A stretch of 64,000 nt of DNA from Candidatus Moraniibacteriota bacterium (GCA_049303905.1 JBAQNP010000020.1:78309-142308); one strand, 5' to 3'; counted from the first letter of the stretch, positions 29,424-38,740 are shown. The notes: generated by a model from the sequence alone, not told the origin. Made by a program: numbers and translations.

Positions 29424-30239
29424 ATGGAAGAAAATAAGAAAGAATCGACCGTAACGGTTGATCAAACTACTCCAGCTAAACAGCCGGTAGTTGATTGTTT
29501 CTCCGATTTAGATTTTTCTAAATTGGAAGTGACCCTTGAAGAAATGTTTAAGAGTGGTGTTCATTTTGGACATCATAAATCGAGAAAGAGTCCAAAGATG
29601 AGCAAATTTATCTTTGCAACCAAAGATAATATTAACATTTTAAATTTGGAAAAAACCAAAGAGAAACTTGAAGAGGCAATGAATTTTATCTCTAAATTGA
29701 TTAGCGAAAATCAAGAGATACTTTTTGTTGGAACAAAAAAACAAGCTAAGAAAATAGTAGAATCGGCTGCTAAGAAATGTAGCATGCCAAGTGTCACAGA
29801 AAGATGGCTAGGTGGAACTTTCACTAACTTTTCAGCAATTTCTGGTCGCACTAGATATCTTCGCGAAGGATTAGAAAAAATGAAAAAAGGTGAGTATGTC
29901 AAATATACAAAATTTGAACAAATGAAAAAAGCAGAAGAACTGGAAAGATTGGAAAGTAAAATGGGTGGGATAAAAGAAATGATGAAATTGCCTGGGGCTA
30001 TTTTTATCGCTTCAGTAATGGAGGATAATATTGCTTTGAAAGAAGCTAAGAATAAAGGTATTCCAGTCATTGCTTTGGTGGACACTAATATTGATCCAAC
30101 AGATGTGGATTATCCAATTCCAGCCAATGAAGACGCTGTTTCATCTTTGAAATTAATGTTAGCCTATATTGTAAAAGCTGTGTTGGAAGGAAAAGATAAA
30201 AAAGAAAAATCAATCATTGAAGAAAAAGTAATTAGTTAA
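29424..30239 (+). CDS. rpsB: 30S ribosomal protein S2
   Basis: MFKSGVHFGHHKSRKSPKMSKFIF… is canonical S2 with a short N-terminal extension. Confidence 0.9.
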   Translation: MEENKKESTVTVDQTTPAKQPVVDCFSDLDFSKLEVTLEEMFKSGVHFGHHKSRKSPKMSKFIFATKDNINILNLEKTKEKLEEAMNFISKLISENQEILFVGTKKQAKKIVESAAKKCSMPSVTERWLGGTFTNFSAISGRTRYLREGLEKMKKGEYVKYTKFEQMKKAEELERLESKMGGIKEMMKLPGAIFIASVMEDNIALKEAKNKGIPVIALVDTNIDPTDVDYPIPANEDAVSSLKLMLAYIVKAVLEGKDKKEKSIIEEKVIS

Positions 30240-30248
30240 AAAAAGAGC

Positions 30249-30827
30249 ATGTTAGATAAAATAAAAAAATTAAGAGAACAAACTGGAGCAGGAATGGTGG
30301 ATATCAAAAAAGCTCTGGAAGAAGCCAATGGCGATGAAGCGAAAGCGATTGAATTGCTTCGTAAACGTGGCCAAGAAAAAGCTTCAAAGAAATCAGAGAG
30401 ATCAACACAAGAAGGTGTTGTGGTAAGCTATATTCATTCTAATAGTAGAGTCGGCGCAATCGTCAAGCTTCTTTGTGAAACTGATTTTGTAGCGAGGAAT
30501 GAAGAATTCAAAAAATTAGCGGAGGATATTGCTATGCACATCACCGCTATGAATCCAAAATACATCAAACCGGAAGACGTTTTGCAAGAAATTGTGGATA
30601 AAGAAAAAGAAATTTGGATCGAGCAATTGAAAAATGAAGGAAAGCCGGAAAACTTAATGGCAAATATTTTGGCCGGAAAAGAAAAAAAATTCCGCGAGGA
30701 ATTGTCGCTTATGGCACAACCATTTGTCAAAAATCCAGATCAAACTATAGGTGATTTAGTGAAAGAAAAAATTGGAAAAATTGGAGAAAATATTCAGGTG
30801 GGAAAGTTTTATCGAATAGAATTATAA
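30249..30827 (+). CDS. tsf: Elongation factor Ts (short form)
   Basis: LREQTGAGMVDIKKALEEANGD… UBA-like N-terminus; conserved rpsB-tsf pairing. Confidence 0.9.
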   Translation: MLDKIKKLREQTGAGMVDIKKALEEANGDEAKAIELLRKRGQEKASKKSERSTQEGVVVSYIHSNSRVGAIVKLLCETDFVARNEEFKKLAEDIAMHITAMNPKYIKPEDVLQEIVDKEKEIWIEQLKNEGKPENLMANILAGKEKKFREELSLMAQPFVKNPDQTIGDLVKEKIGKIGENIQVGKFYRIEL

Positions 30828-30834
30828 AAACTAT

Positions 30835-31611
30835 ATGGCTAATGTTTTAATTTCTATATATTCTTGGGAAAATCCTAAGATTTATAGAAGCAATATTGAA
30901 CTAAAAAAGGATGACAAAGTTATTGTTCCAATGGAAAACGGGAATGAGCTTGGAATAGTTTTGGAAATTGATGTTAAGACGAAAGATGAATTGAAAGAAG
31001 ATGTAGTGAGAAAAGCGACGAAAAGAGACGCGGAAACTTATGAGAAATACGAAAAAGAAAAAGATATTTTGCTAGATAGATGTCGAAAAGAGATAAAAGA
31101 AAGTCAGCTACCAATGAAAGTGATTGATGCTAGGATAAGTTTGGATGGCAAGCAAGCTATTTTTGTTTTCACGGCTGATGGTCGAGTAGATTTTCGAGAA
31201 TTAGTCAAAGTTCTTTCCAAAGATTTCAAGAAATCAATTAGAATGCAACAGATTGGTTCTCGGGATGAAGCGAGAAAGTTGGGAGGTTATGGAATCTGCG
31301 GTCGGGAATTTTGCTGTGTTAATTTTCCCGGAAGTATTCCTAGTATCACTACTGATATGGCGAGAGTTCAGCAAATTGCACATCGTGGAACCGAAAGAAT
31401 TTCCGGCCTTTGTGGAAGATTGATGTGTTGTCTAGCCTATGAAGCGGATCAATACCGAAACCTCTTGGAAGGAATGCCAGAGCTTTATAGTATTATAAAT
31501 ACCAGAGAAGGTAGGGGAACGGTAGTGGAAATAAATGCGATGACGCAAGAGATAAAAATAAAATTAGAAAGTGGTAAATACGTGGCTATAAAAAAAGAAG
31601 ATATAAAATAA
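30835..31611 (+). CDS. PSP1/RicT (YaaT)-family protein
   Basis: Cysteine-rich region CGREFCC…CGRLMCCLAYE is typical of the PSP1 C-terminal domain. Confidence 0.55.
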   Translation: MANVLISIYSWENPKIYRSNIELKKDDKVIVPMENGNELGIVLEIDVKTKDELKEDVVRKATKRDAETYEKYEKEKDILLDRCRKEIKESQLPMKVIDARISLDGKQAIFVFTADGRVDFRELVKVLSKDFKKSIRMQQIGSRDEARKLGGYGICGREFCCVNFPGSIPSITTDMARVQQIAHRGTERISGLCGRLMCCLAYEADQYRNLLEGMPELYSIINTREGRGTVVEINAMTQEIKIKLESGKYVAIKKEDIK

Positions 31612-31612
31612 T

Positions 31613-32263
31613 ATGTTGTATACAATTATTTCTCCAATACTTATCGTGGTTAGCCTTGTTGGCATAATAGTATTTTTGGTGAAAAAAGCCCCGGAGGTAG
31701 CTAATTTGGAAAAAGAAGAAAGTCTAGATCAAGGTGGAATGGTTGTTGCTAAGAAAAGTATTTGGTCAATATTAAAAAGAAAGAATATTGAAGAGCATAG
31801 GGATTTCAAGCATAAGACACTTTTATTTTTGGAAAAAACCACCAAAAAGATGAAAGTATTTTTTTTGAAAATGGAAAACATGTTTACCAACTGGGGAGAG
31901 TCAATTAGAAACAAGAGAAAAGCTCGAGAAGAAGAACATGTTGTGAGAGCGCTAGAATTGATTGAAGAAAATAAATTTTCCAAAGAAACTAAGAACCCTG
32001 AGATATCAGAACAAGTGAAAATAGAAGAAAAAGAGGAAGAGCAAAAACACGAGAAAAAAGATATTTTGGAAAAAATATTAGTGGAGAGAATTGCGACAAA
32101 TCCAAAAGATATCGAGGCATATGAAAGACTAGGGGAGTATTATTTTGAAATTGAAAATTGGAATTATGCCAAGGAATGTTTCAAGCAAGTTTTGAAGCTG
32201 AATCCGCGAAATATCGGAATTAGAAGCAAGATGCGAAAACTGGAAAGAATGTTGAGTAAATAA
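31613..32263 (+). CDS. Hypothetical membrane protein with TPR-like C-terminus
   Basis: N-terminal TM helix, then charged region and a TPR-like repeat. Confidence 0.4.
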   Translation: MLYTIISPILIVVSLVGIIVFLVKKAPEVANLEKEESLDQGGMVVAKKSIWSILKRKNIEEHRDFKHKTLLFLEKTTKKMKVFFLKMENMFTNWGESIRNKRKAREEEHVVRALELIEENKFSKETKNPEISEQVKIEEKEEEQKHEKKDILEKILVERIATNPKDIEAYERLGEYYFEIENWNYAKECFKQVLKLNPRNIGIRSKMRKLERMLSK

Positions 32264-32270
32264 AATAAAA

Positions 32271-32342
32271 GCCGATGTAGCTCAATGGCAGAGCAACTCT
32301 TTTGTAAAGAGAAGGTTGCGGGTTCGATTCCCTCCATCGGCT
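32271..32342 (+). tRNA. tRNA-Thr (anticodon UGU)
   Basis: Cloverleaf: acceptor GCCGATG/CATCGGC, anticodon arm ACTCT-TTTGTAA-AGAGA, T-loop TTCGATT, U73. The Thr assignment also fits the conserved thrU-tyrU-thrT order. Confidence 0.65.
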
Positions 32343-32355
32343 CAAAAATAAAAAA

Positions 32356-32754
32356 ATGCATATAAAAACAAAAGGATATATAGCTGAGATATATGTTACG
32401 GCTAAACTAATAGAAGATGGATGGAGAGTGCTAAATCCAATCGGTGAAAATAATCGATATGATTTAGTCGCCGAAAGAAAGGGGAAGTTTATTAGAATTC
32501 AGGTTAAATATGTTACGCCTAAAGACGGTGCCCTAGCTGTTAATTGCAGAAGTAGCAATAATTGGTCAGTTCTGCATTATTCTCCTGAAGAAATTGATTC
32601 CATTGCTGTTTTTAATTCAAAAGATAAATCAATTTATTTTGTGCCAGTTTCAAAAATAAATCATAGTCTGTTTAAATTAAGAATAGAGCCGGCAAAAAAT
32701 AATCAAAAAACAAAGATTCATTTAGCGAAAGATTTTATTAGATTAAAATATTAA
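32356..32754 (+). CDS. Hjc-like PD-(D/E)xK nuclease-fold protein
   Basis: E…G…YDLVAERKGKFIRIQVKY matches the D…E-x-K core of Hjc/restriction-endonuclease-like resolvases. Inserted between two tRNA genes. Confidence 0.4.
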   Translation: MHIKTKGYIAEIYVTAKLIEDGWRVLNPIGENNRYDLVAERKGKFIRIQVKYVTPKDGALAVNCRSSNNWSVLHYSPEEIDSIAVFNSKDKSIYFVPVSKINHSLFKLRIEPAKNNQKTKIHLAKDFIRLKY

Positions 32755-32775
32755 TCCGTTAATAGAAAAATAAGT

Positions 32776-32858
32776 GGGTCGGTGGCAGAGTGGTCAAATG
32801 CATCAGACTGTAAATCTGACGCCGCAAGGCTTCGGGGGTTCGACTCCCTCCCGGCCCA
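32776..32858 (+). tRNA. tRNA-Tyr (anticodon GUA, long variable arm)
   Basis: Acceptor GGGTCGG/CCGGCCC, anticodon arm TCAGA-CTGTAAA-TCTGA, variable arm with a GCC-GCAA-GGC hairpin, T-loop TTCGACT, A73. Confidence 0.8.
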
Positions 32859-32951
32859 CACAAAATTTGCACATTGAAATTATTATATAGGTGAGTATTA
32901 TTTTAAGAAGGATTAGCTTGACTATTTTTATTTATACTTTAAAATATAGAT

Positions 32952-33542
32952 ATGAGTATAAATAAAGACATATTATCAAAATATTATTTGGAAGAAAAAA
33001 AATCAGTATGTGAGATTGCTGAGATTTTAGGGAAAAGTGAAACGGGAATAAATTACTGGATGAATAAGTATAAGATAAAAAAAAGAACAATTAGCGACGC
33101 GGTTTATATAAAGAACAATCCAAATGGTGATCCATTTAAAATAAAAACTCCAAATAATTTATATTTAGCTGAGCTCAGAGGATTTGGCTTGGGATTATAT
33201 TGGGGTGAAGGAAATAAAGCCAATAAAAATTCTGTAAAAATTGCAAATACTGATCCGGAACTAATTAAAAAGTTTATTGAATTTTTAGTGAAAATATTAG
33301 GAGTTGATAAGAAAAAGATAAAATTTTCATTGCAAGTTTTTAGCGATGTTAGCCCGCAAAAAGCAAAAAAATATTGGATCGATCAATTAAAAATAGATCC
33401 TAAACAGTTCTATAAAAAAATTACCGTTACTCAATCCGGAAAAATAGGAACGTATAAAAAGAAAAATATCTATGGTGTTTTGATGGTTTACTATCATAAT
33501 ACTAAACTAAGAAATATTTTGATTAATATGCTGCCGTTGTAG
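32952..33542 (+). CDS. HTH-containing protein with a LAGLIDADG-like motif (possible homing endonuclease)
   Basis: N-terminal HTH (SVCEIAEILGKSETGINYW), then LAELRGFGLGLYWGEGNK resembling single-motif LAGLIDADG enzymes. Its stop codon overlaps the first nucleotides of the intron-containing tRNA. Confidence 0.4.
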   Translation: MSINKDILSKYYLEEKKSVCEIAEILGKSETGINYWMNKYKIKKRTISDAVYIKNNPNGDPFKIKTPNNLYLAELRGFGLGLYWGEGNKANKNSVKIANTDPELIKKFIEFLVKILGVDKKKIKFSLQVFSDVSPQKAKKYWIDQLKIDPKQFYKKITVTQSGKIGTYKKKNIYGVLMVYYHNTKLRNILINMLPL

Positions 33543-33810
33543 CTCAGTTGGTAGAGCATTTCCATGGTAAAATAATATTGCCCATTATTTAGGAAACTAA
33601 ATAGTGCACCCCTGAATAACGGTTAAAGACCTGACACAGGCTCAGACCGTGGCGTTTTTGTGGAAGCGCCCGAACGACTGACAAGGGGAAGCTAATTTCT
33701 TTTTTTGGAAAATGCTTGATATACAGTCTAATCCTCTAAAATAGTGTTTTCGTGAAAAATAGAGGCATCAATGAAGGAAAAGGTCCGCAGTTCGATTCTG
33801 CGCAACGGCT
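33533..33810 (+). tRNA. tRNA-Thr (anticodon GGU) interrupted by a ~205-nt intervening sequence
   Basis: 5' exon 33533-33568 (…TTTCC-ATGGT), 3' exon 33774-33810 (AA-GGAAA…CAACGGC-T). Joined exons give a 73-nt cloverleaf with anticodon GGU, T-loop TTCGATT and U73. Confidence 0.6.
33569..33773 (+). other. Putative group I self-splicing intron in the tRNA-Thr(GGU) anticodon loop (between positions 36 and 37)
   Basis: The last 5'-exon nucleotide is U and the intron ends in G. An S-like element GATATACAGTC and an R-like CTCAGACCG are present. No internal ORF. Confidence 0.5.
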
Positions 33811-33844
33811 CAAGTTTAAAAATTTAAAAAATTAATTTAATTTT

Positions 33845-34000
33845 ATGGCACGAGAAAATTTAGCGAAGATGAAATGCGAAGTTTGCAAAACTGTAAATTA
33901 TTTCACAACTCGCAACAAGAAAAAATTGAAAGAAAAACTCGCAATGAAAAAACATTGCAAGAAATGCAAGACTCACACGATGCATAAGGAAGCGAAGTAG
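33845..34000 (+). CDS. rpmG: 50S ribosomal protein L33
   Basis: MARENLAKMKCEVCKTVNYFTTRNKKKLKEKLAMKKHCKKCKTHTMHKEAK (51 aa); below the ORF-track cutoff. Confidence 0.8.
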   Translation: MARENLAKMKCEVCKTVNYFTTRNKKKLKEKLAMKKHCKKCKTHTMHKEAK

Positions 34001-34096
34001 CCCAGCTGTGCTGGAATTTTCAATTCACAATTTTCAATTTTCAATCAATTTCTAATGTTTAAATTTTTAAATTTAGGATTTGTTTGGAAATTTTGA

Positions 34097-34167
34097 GCGG
34101 GGTTAGTATAGTGGTAGTACAGGACTCTCCAAAAGTTCTAGCGTAGGTTCAATTCCTACACCCCGTG
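34097..34167 (+). tRNA. tRNA-Trp (anticodon CCA)
   Basis: Acceptor GCGGGGT/ACCCCGT (G1·U72), anticodon arm GGACT-CTCCAAA-AGTTC, T-arm GTAGG-TTCAATT-CCTAC, G73. Confidence 0.7.
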
Positions 34168-34177
34168 CATAAGCAAA

Positions 34178-34205
34178 ACAGCCTTTCGAAGAAGGCTGTT
34201 TTTGT
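34178..34205 (+). terminator. Rho-independent terminator
   Basis: CAGCCTT-TCGAAGA-AGGCTG followed by TTTTTGTTT. Confidence 0.6.
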
Positions 34206-34269
34206 TTGGGGAGAGACTTGAGAAATTATTTGGTTAGTGTTAACATTAAGACACTAAATAACAACAATT

Positions 34270-35004
34270 ATGAACAAATCTAACCTCGTTTTTCTGGACA
34301 CAGAAACGACCGGAAAGGGGCCGTTGGATCGGTTATGTCAAATTGCCTATAGTTTTAAGGGAGAAGAATTCGATTCACTTTTCAAGCCTCCTATTCCAAT
34401 TCAAGTGGAAGCTATGGCCATTACTCATATCACCAATAAGATGGTGGAAGATAAGGAGGCATTTATTGATTCCGAATTTCAAAAAAAATTAATCGATATT
34501 TTTCTGGAAAAAAATATTCTAGTGGCGCATAATGCGCAGTTTGATGTGGAAATGCTCAAAAAAGAAAATGTTGAAGTTAGTCATTTTATTGATACTTTGA
34601 AAATTGCACATCACTTAGACAAGGAAGGAAAAATTCCTAAGCACGGTTTGCAATATTTGAGATATTTTCTTGATCTGAATATTTGCGATGTAGTTCCGCA
34701 TAGTGCGCTAGGAGATGTGAGAGTTCTAGAAAAACTTTTCGAGCGTCTTTTTCAAAAAATGTTGGTTGAATTCAAAGAAGAATCCGCGGTCATTGATGAG
34801 ATGCTCAGAATTTCGACTTTGCCAATTTTGATGAAAAAATTTCCTTTTGGAAAATATAATGGGCGTATGGTTTCCGAAATTGCCAAAATTGACGCAGGAT
34901 ACTTACAATGGCTTTTGAATAGTAAGATAGAGGCGAGGGAGAAAGATGGTGATAACGATGAGAATTGGATTTATACTCTTGAATATTATCTGATGCCAAG
35001 ATAG
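34270..35004 (+). CDS. DnaQ-like 3'-5' exonuclease (DEDDh) with a DUF3820-like C-terminal domain
   Basis: Exo I LVFLDTETTG, Exo II VAHNAQFDVEML, Exo III HSALGDVRVLEKLF; C-terminal KFPFGKYNGRMVSEIAKIDAGYLQWLL. Confidence 0.75.
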   Translation: MNKSNLVFLDTETTGKGPLDRLCQIAYSFKGEEFDSLFKPPIPIQVEAMAITHITNKMVEDKEAFIDSEFQKKLIDIFLEKNILVAHNAQFDVEMLKKENVEVSHFIDTLKIAHHLDKEGKIPKHGLQYLRYFLDLNICDVVPHSALGDVRVLEKLFERLFQKMLVEFKEESAVIDEMLRISTLPILMKKFPFGKYNGRMVSEIAKIDAGYLQWLLNSKIEAREKDGDNDENWIYTLEYYLMPR

Positions 35005-35591
35005 TGTGTTATAATGAAAACAGAAAAAACATGCCAAAAGTAAAACCAAAAACAAAAGCGAAAATAAAAAAAGAAAAGGAGTATGTAGAAAATGATCTCG
35101 ATGCTGTGGTGGCTTTTTTAGATGGGCTTTCTCATCGAATTATTGAGAGAACGAGAAATATCGATGCGCAGTCCAATGTGCTGATTGGTCTTAGTACTGG
35201 TATCTTTATTCTCGCAATCAATGAGATAATGAACGTGGAACGGTTTCACATCACACTTTCGCTCGTGGCGATTTTTTCAGCTCTCAGCTCCATTATCGCT
35301 CTTTTGGCGATTCGTCCGCCTGGTTGGATGGTAAAAAAAGGCCAAGAACAAAGTTTGCTGTTTACTCAAACAATTGCTGATTTTGATTCGGCCAAAAAAT
35401 ATTCCATAGAGCTCAAGAAGATATTAAATTGCGATGAAGAAATTTTTCATCAGTATGCCATTGAAATTTATAACTTGTCAAAATATTACTATCGCCCTAA
35501 AAGAAAACTGTTTGCGATTTCCCGAAATATTTTTCTTTTTGGGGTAATTTCCAGTCTAGTGCTCTTGTTTTTGGAAGCGAAATTTCTTTGA
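35004..35591 (+). CDS. Hypothetical membrane protein
   Basis: 195 aa with three hydrophobic helices; start overlaps the previous stop. Confidence 0.4.
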   Translation: MCYNENRKNMPKVKPKTKAKIKKEKEYVENDLDAVVAFLDGLSHRIIERTRNIDAQSNVLIGLSTGIFILAINEIMNVERFHITLSLVAIFSALSSIIALLAIRPPGWMVKKGQEQSLLFTQTIADFDSAKKYSIELKKILNCDEEIFHQYAIEIYNLSKYYYRPKRKLFAISRNIFLFGVISSLVLLFLEAKFL

Positions 35592-35665
35592 GTTGTTAAA
35601 AAACTGTAATTATTGTATTATATAGAAAGGGAATAAGTCCCGTTTTTTGCTTATAAAAAAACAAA

Positions 35666-37444
35666 ATGAGTGAAAATAAGAAAGAAAAAAAATTTAGCCT
35701 AAAGAGTTTTTGGGTGAAGATCTGGAAACTACTCGAACCAAGCCAAGGACAGATAAAAATTGTGCTGTTTTTGATATTTTCGCTGGAGGCTGTTCGGTTA
35801 ATCGGACCTTACATTTTAAAAATAATTATCGACAAAATTACTACCTTTAGTGTAAATGAAATCAATATTATTTTGGTGCTTATTACGTTGATGTTTCTCA
35901 TTAATCAAATTATTTCCATCGTGGATTATTTTGCTGATCGAAAAATTCTTGCCGTTCTTTTTAATGCTGTTGCTTATCTTTCTAATAATGCCCATCGAAA
36001 AATGGTTTTTTTGAGCTTGGGGTATCATGAAAAAGAAAATACTGGAAGTAAGATTATAAAAATCAGCCGAGGGGTGGACAAAATTGACAATCTCTTTGGA
36101 AATTTCTTCTGGGAAGTGGCCCCAACTATTTTTCAAATTGTTTTGACTACAGCGACCCTTTTTTGGGTGAACTGGATATTTGGAGTTATTATCTTAATTT
36201 TTGTTCCTGCTTTTGTTTTTTTGACGCTTAGGGTCAACAGGATGGTTTTCCCTTTTCGCATGAAGAGATTTAACAATCAAGAGGTGGCAGCTGGTCTAAT
36301 GACGCAATCAATTATAAATATCAATACAGTCAAATCTTTTGTACAAGAACTTCGTGAATACCGGCAATTTTCTGCCGCTACGAAGAATGTGAAGGATAAT
36401 GTCACTGATGAATTTAGATTGATATTGAAATACAATGTAGTCAGAAATTTAGTTATCGATTTGGGGCGTGGGTTTGTCTTGCTTTTTGGAATTTATTTAG
36501 TCATCAGAGGACACATCACAGTTGGAAGTTTGGTTTTTGTCTATACTATTTCAGAAAAAGCTCTGGTGTCACTTTTTAGAATTTCTCGACTATATGATCG
36601 AATTATGGAATCATCTGAGGCAGTAGAAAGACTTTATGATTTATCACTAGAAGAATCTGAAATCAAAAATTCGACGCGCGGATTGAAACCAAAAAGCATT
36701 GAAGGTGCAATTGAATTTAGAAATGTTGATTTTGTCTATAAGGAAAGCTCAAACAAAGCGCTTGATGGAGTGAATCTTTCGATTTGTTCAGGGGGTGTGA
36801 CAGCCTTAGTTGGTCCGTCAGGTGGAGGGAAAACTACAGTGGCTAGAATGATTTATCGTCATTATGATCCAACTAAAGGAGAAATTTTGCTGGACGGAAA
36901 AAATTTGAAAGAATATGATTTGTATGCATTTCGAAAATTCATTGCCATTGTGGCGCAAGAGGTGGAAATTTTCAATTCAACTGTCAGAGAAAATATTGCT
37001 TATGCTAAACCCAATGCCAGCTTAGCTGAGATAAAAGCGGCGGCCAGAATTGCCAATGCCGAAGAATTTATCACTCAACTTAAAGATGGCTATGATACAA
37101 TCGTAGGAGAACGAGGGATAAAACTTTCTGGCGGACAACGTCAGCGCCTTGGAATAGCAAGGTCAATTTTGGCTAATCCGCGAATTTTGATTTTTGACGA
37201 AGCGACTTCAAGCCTGGATTCTTATTCAGAAAAATTGATTCAAGACGCCATGGAAAAAATTCGAAAGAACAGAACCGTGATTATAATTGCGCATCGCTTG
37301 AGCACGATCAAAAAAGCTGACAAGATTATCGTTTTGGAAAATGGGAAGGTAGCGGAAGAAGGCAGTCACACGGAACTTTCCAGAGCTCAGGGTGGGCTGT
37401 ATCAGAAGCTTATTAATTTGCAGAGTATGGGGGAAATAGAATAG
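35666..37444 (+). CDS. ABC transporter, fused permease/ATP-binding protein (MsbA-like exporter)
   Basis: Six-TM N-terminal domain; Walker A GPSGGGKTT, signature LSGGQRQR, Walker B ILIFDEATS. Confidence 0.85.
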   Translation: MSENKKEKKFSLKSFWVKIWKLLEPSQGQIKIVLFLIFSLEAVRLIGPYILKIIIDKITTFSVNEINIILVLITLMFLINQIISIVDYFADRKILAVLFNAVAYLSNNAHRKMVFLSLGYHEKENTGSKIIKISRGVDKIDNLFGNFFWEVAPTIFQIVLTTATLFWVNWIFGVIILIFVPAFVFLTLRVNRMVFPFRMKRFNNQEVAAGLMTQSIININTVKSFVQELREYRQFSAATKNVKDNVTDEFRLILKYNVVRNLVIDLGRGFVLLFGIYLVIRGHITVGSLVFVYTISEKALVSLFRISRLYDRIMESSEAVERLYDLSLEESEIKNSTRGLKPKSIEGAIEFRNVDFVYKESSNKALDGVNLSICSGGVTALVGPSGGGKTTVARMIYRHYDPTKGEILLDGKNLKEYDLYAFRKFIAIVAQEVEIFNSTVRENIAYAKPNASLAEIKAAARIANAEEFITQLKDGYDTIVGERGIKLSGGQRQRLGIARSILANPRILIFDEATSSLDSYSEKLIQDAMEKIRKNRTVIIIAHRLSTIKKADKIIVLENGKVAEEGSHTELSRAQGGLYQKLINLQSMGEIE

Positions 37445-37454
37445 CTCGGCAAGT

Positions 37455-37580
37455 TTTGTTTTTGAGATAATTTAAACTCGAAGGTCTATTTTCTAGTTGA
37501 AATTATTTCGACAGGCAACGGCGGAACGAAACAATTTCAGATAAAATAGACCTTCTCAAACAAGAAATTATCTCAAAAAT
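37455..37580. repeat. 125-bp nested imperfect palindrome (MITE-like or complex terminator)
   Basis: Arms TTTTTGAGATAATTT…AAGGTCTATTTT and AAAATAGACCTT…AAATTATCTCAAAAA around an inner palindrome GAAATTATTTCG…CGAAACAATTTC. Confidence 0.4.
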
Positions 37581-37625
37581 AAAACTGCCTCGCGGGGAGA
37601 GGAGGGAAAGAGAAATTGAAAAATT

Positions 37626-38372
37626 ATGTACACACAACATTCAAATAATCTAATAATCTCGGCGGATGATTTTGGGATAAGTGAGAAAGCTAATCGGGCG
37701 ATTTTGGAATTGGCGCGGGAGAAAAAAATTGATCGAGTGGCGGTGATGATGGGTGGCAAGATTTCTAAGGATGAAGCTAAAGATCTTCTAGAATCAGGAG
37801 TGAAAATTGATATCCATTTGCATCTTTTGGAAAAAGATTTTTTTGATAAAAAAGAAAAAAAATCAAAAGATGGAACAAACAAGAGAATAGCAATTTTCCT
37901 ACTGGATTTTTTGACTGGCTGGTATGGTTCAGCTAAAGTCAAAATAATTTGGAAAAAACAAATTGAAGAATTTAAAAATATTTTTGGAAGATACCCAGAT
38001 GGGATAAATTCACATGAACATATTCATTTTTTTCCGCCACTTTTCAAAACTGCCTTGAAGATAAAAGAAGAATTCAAAATATCTTATATCCGCTTAGGTA
38101 AATTGAAGCATAGGGGAAAATTTGGCAAAACAGTTTTTATTTTAGACAAGTTAAGATTGATGAATTTTAGAAGAAATTTGATTTTTTTTACGCCTCTTGG
38201 CATTGCAAGAAGTTATCCATTTGAACTTAATACCTCGGATTTTTTGGTGAGTTTTGATTGGATAAAAAACGAAGAAGAATTTTTTGAAAATCTAATTGAA
38301 AAAACTCAGACAGAATTAGTTTTTCATCCAGAGCGAAAAAATGAATATGATTTTTTGATGAAAAATTTCTAA
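37626..38372 (+). CDS. ChbG/YdjC/HpnK-family carbohydrate deacetylase
   Basis: N-terminal LIISADDFGISEKANRAILEL…VAVMMGG is typical of the YdjC family. Confidence 0.65.
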   Translation: MYTQHSNNLIISADDFGISEKANRAILELAREKKIDRVAVMMGGKISKDEAKDLLESGVKIDIHLHLLEKDFFDKKEKKSKDGTNKRIAIFLLDFLTGWYGSAKVKIIWKKQIEEFKNIFGRYPDGINSHEHIHFFPPLFKTALKIKEEFKISYIRLGKLKHRGKFGKTVFILDKLRLMNFRRNLIFFTPLGIARSYPFELNTSDFLVSFDWIKNEEEFFENLIEKTQTELVFHPERKNEYDFLMKNF

Positions 38373-38376
38373 TTCC

Positions 38377-38558
38377 TTACTTTTTCTTTCCGCAAGAAAA
38401 AGTAACAAAAAGAACTCGGAGCTATGCTACGTACTCCAATAAATTCTGCGTTCGCTGGCTAAATTTACTAGGCTTGATGAGTACATCAAGCTAAGATGAA
38501 TAAATTCTTAACGCCAGCTCACTTGAATTTATATTGGAGTACTCCGCAAGGCTGAAAA
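38377..38558 (+). ncRNA. Candidate structured RNA element, copy B (unclassified)
   Basis: Same architecture as 4121-4315: identical 5' hairpin and linker (TACTTTTTCTTTCCGCAAGAAAAAGTAACAAAAAGAACTC) and 3' tail (CCGCAAGGCTGAAA). The long-range helix is GTACTCC/GGAGTAC (ACGTGCC/GGCACGT in A) and the inner hairpin GCTTGATG/CATCAAGC (GGTCCGAC/GTCGGGCC in A). Confidence 0.4.
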
Positions 38559-38740
38559 TTTATTTCTTTATTTTATTAGGGTGGCCTTTTTCTTTTGTTA
38601 CTTTTCTTTGAGGTAAAGAAAAGTAAGTGGAGAATATTTTCTTGGCTCGAAAGAAAAAGTAAGGCTAAGTTTTTGGGAAAAGAAAAATGGCGAGGAGCTA
38701 ATTGCGGATAGAAAAAGTAAAGGTAGATAAAACATAAAAT

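Noticed and set aside
33569-33773. Group II intron or non-intron insertion in tRNA-Thr(GGU)
   Set aside because: It is far too short for group II, has no GUGYG start and no domain V. The exon-U / intron-terminal-G boundaries and the R/S-like elements fit group I better.
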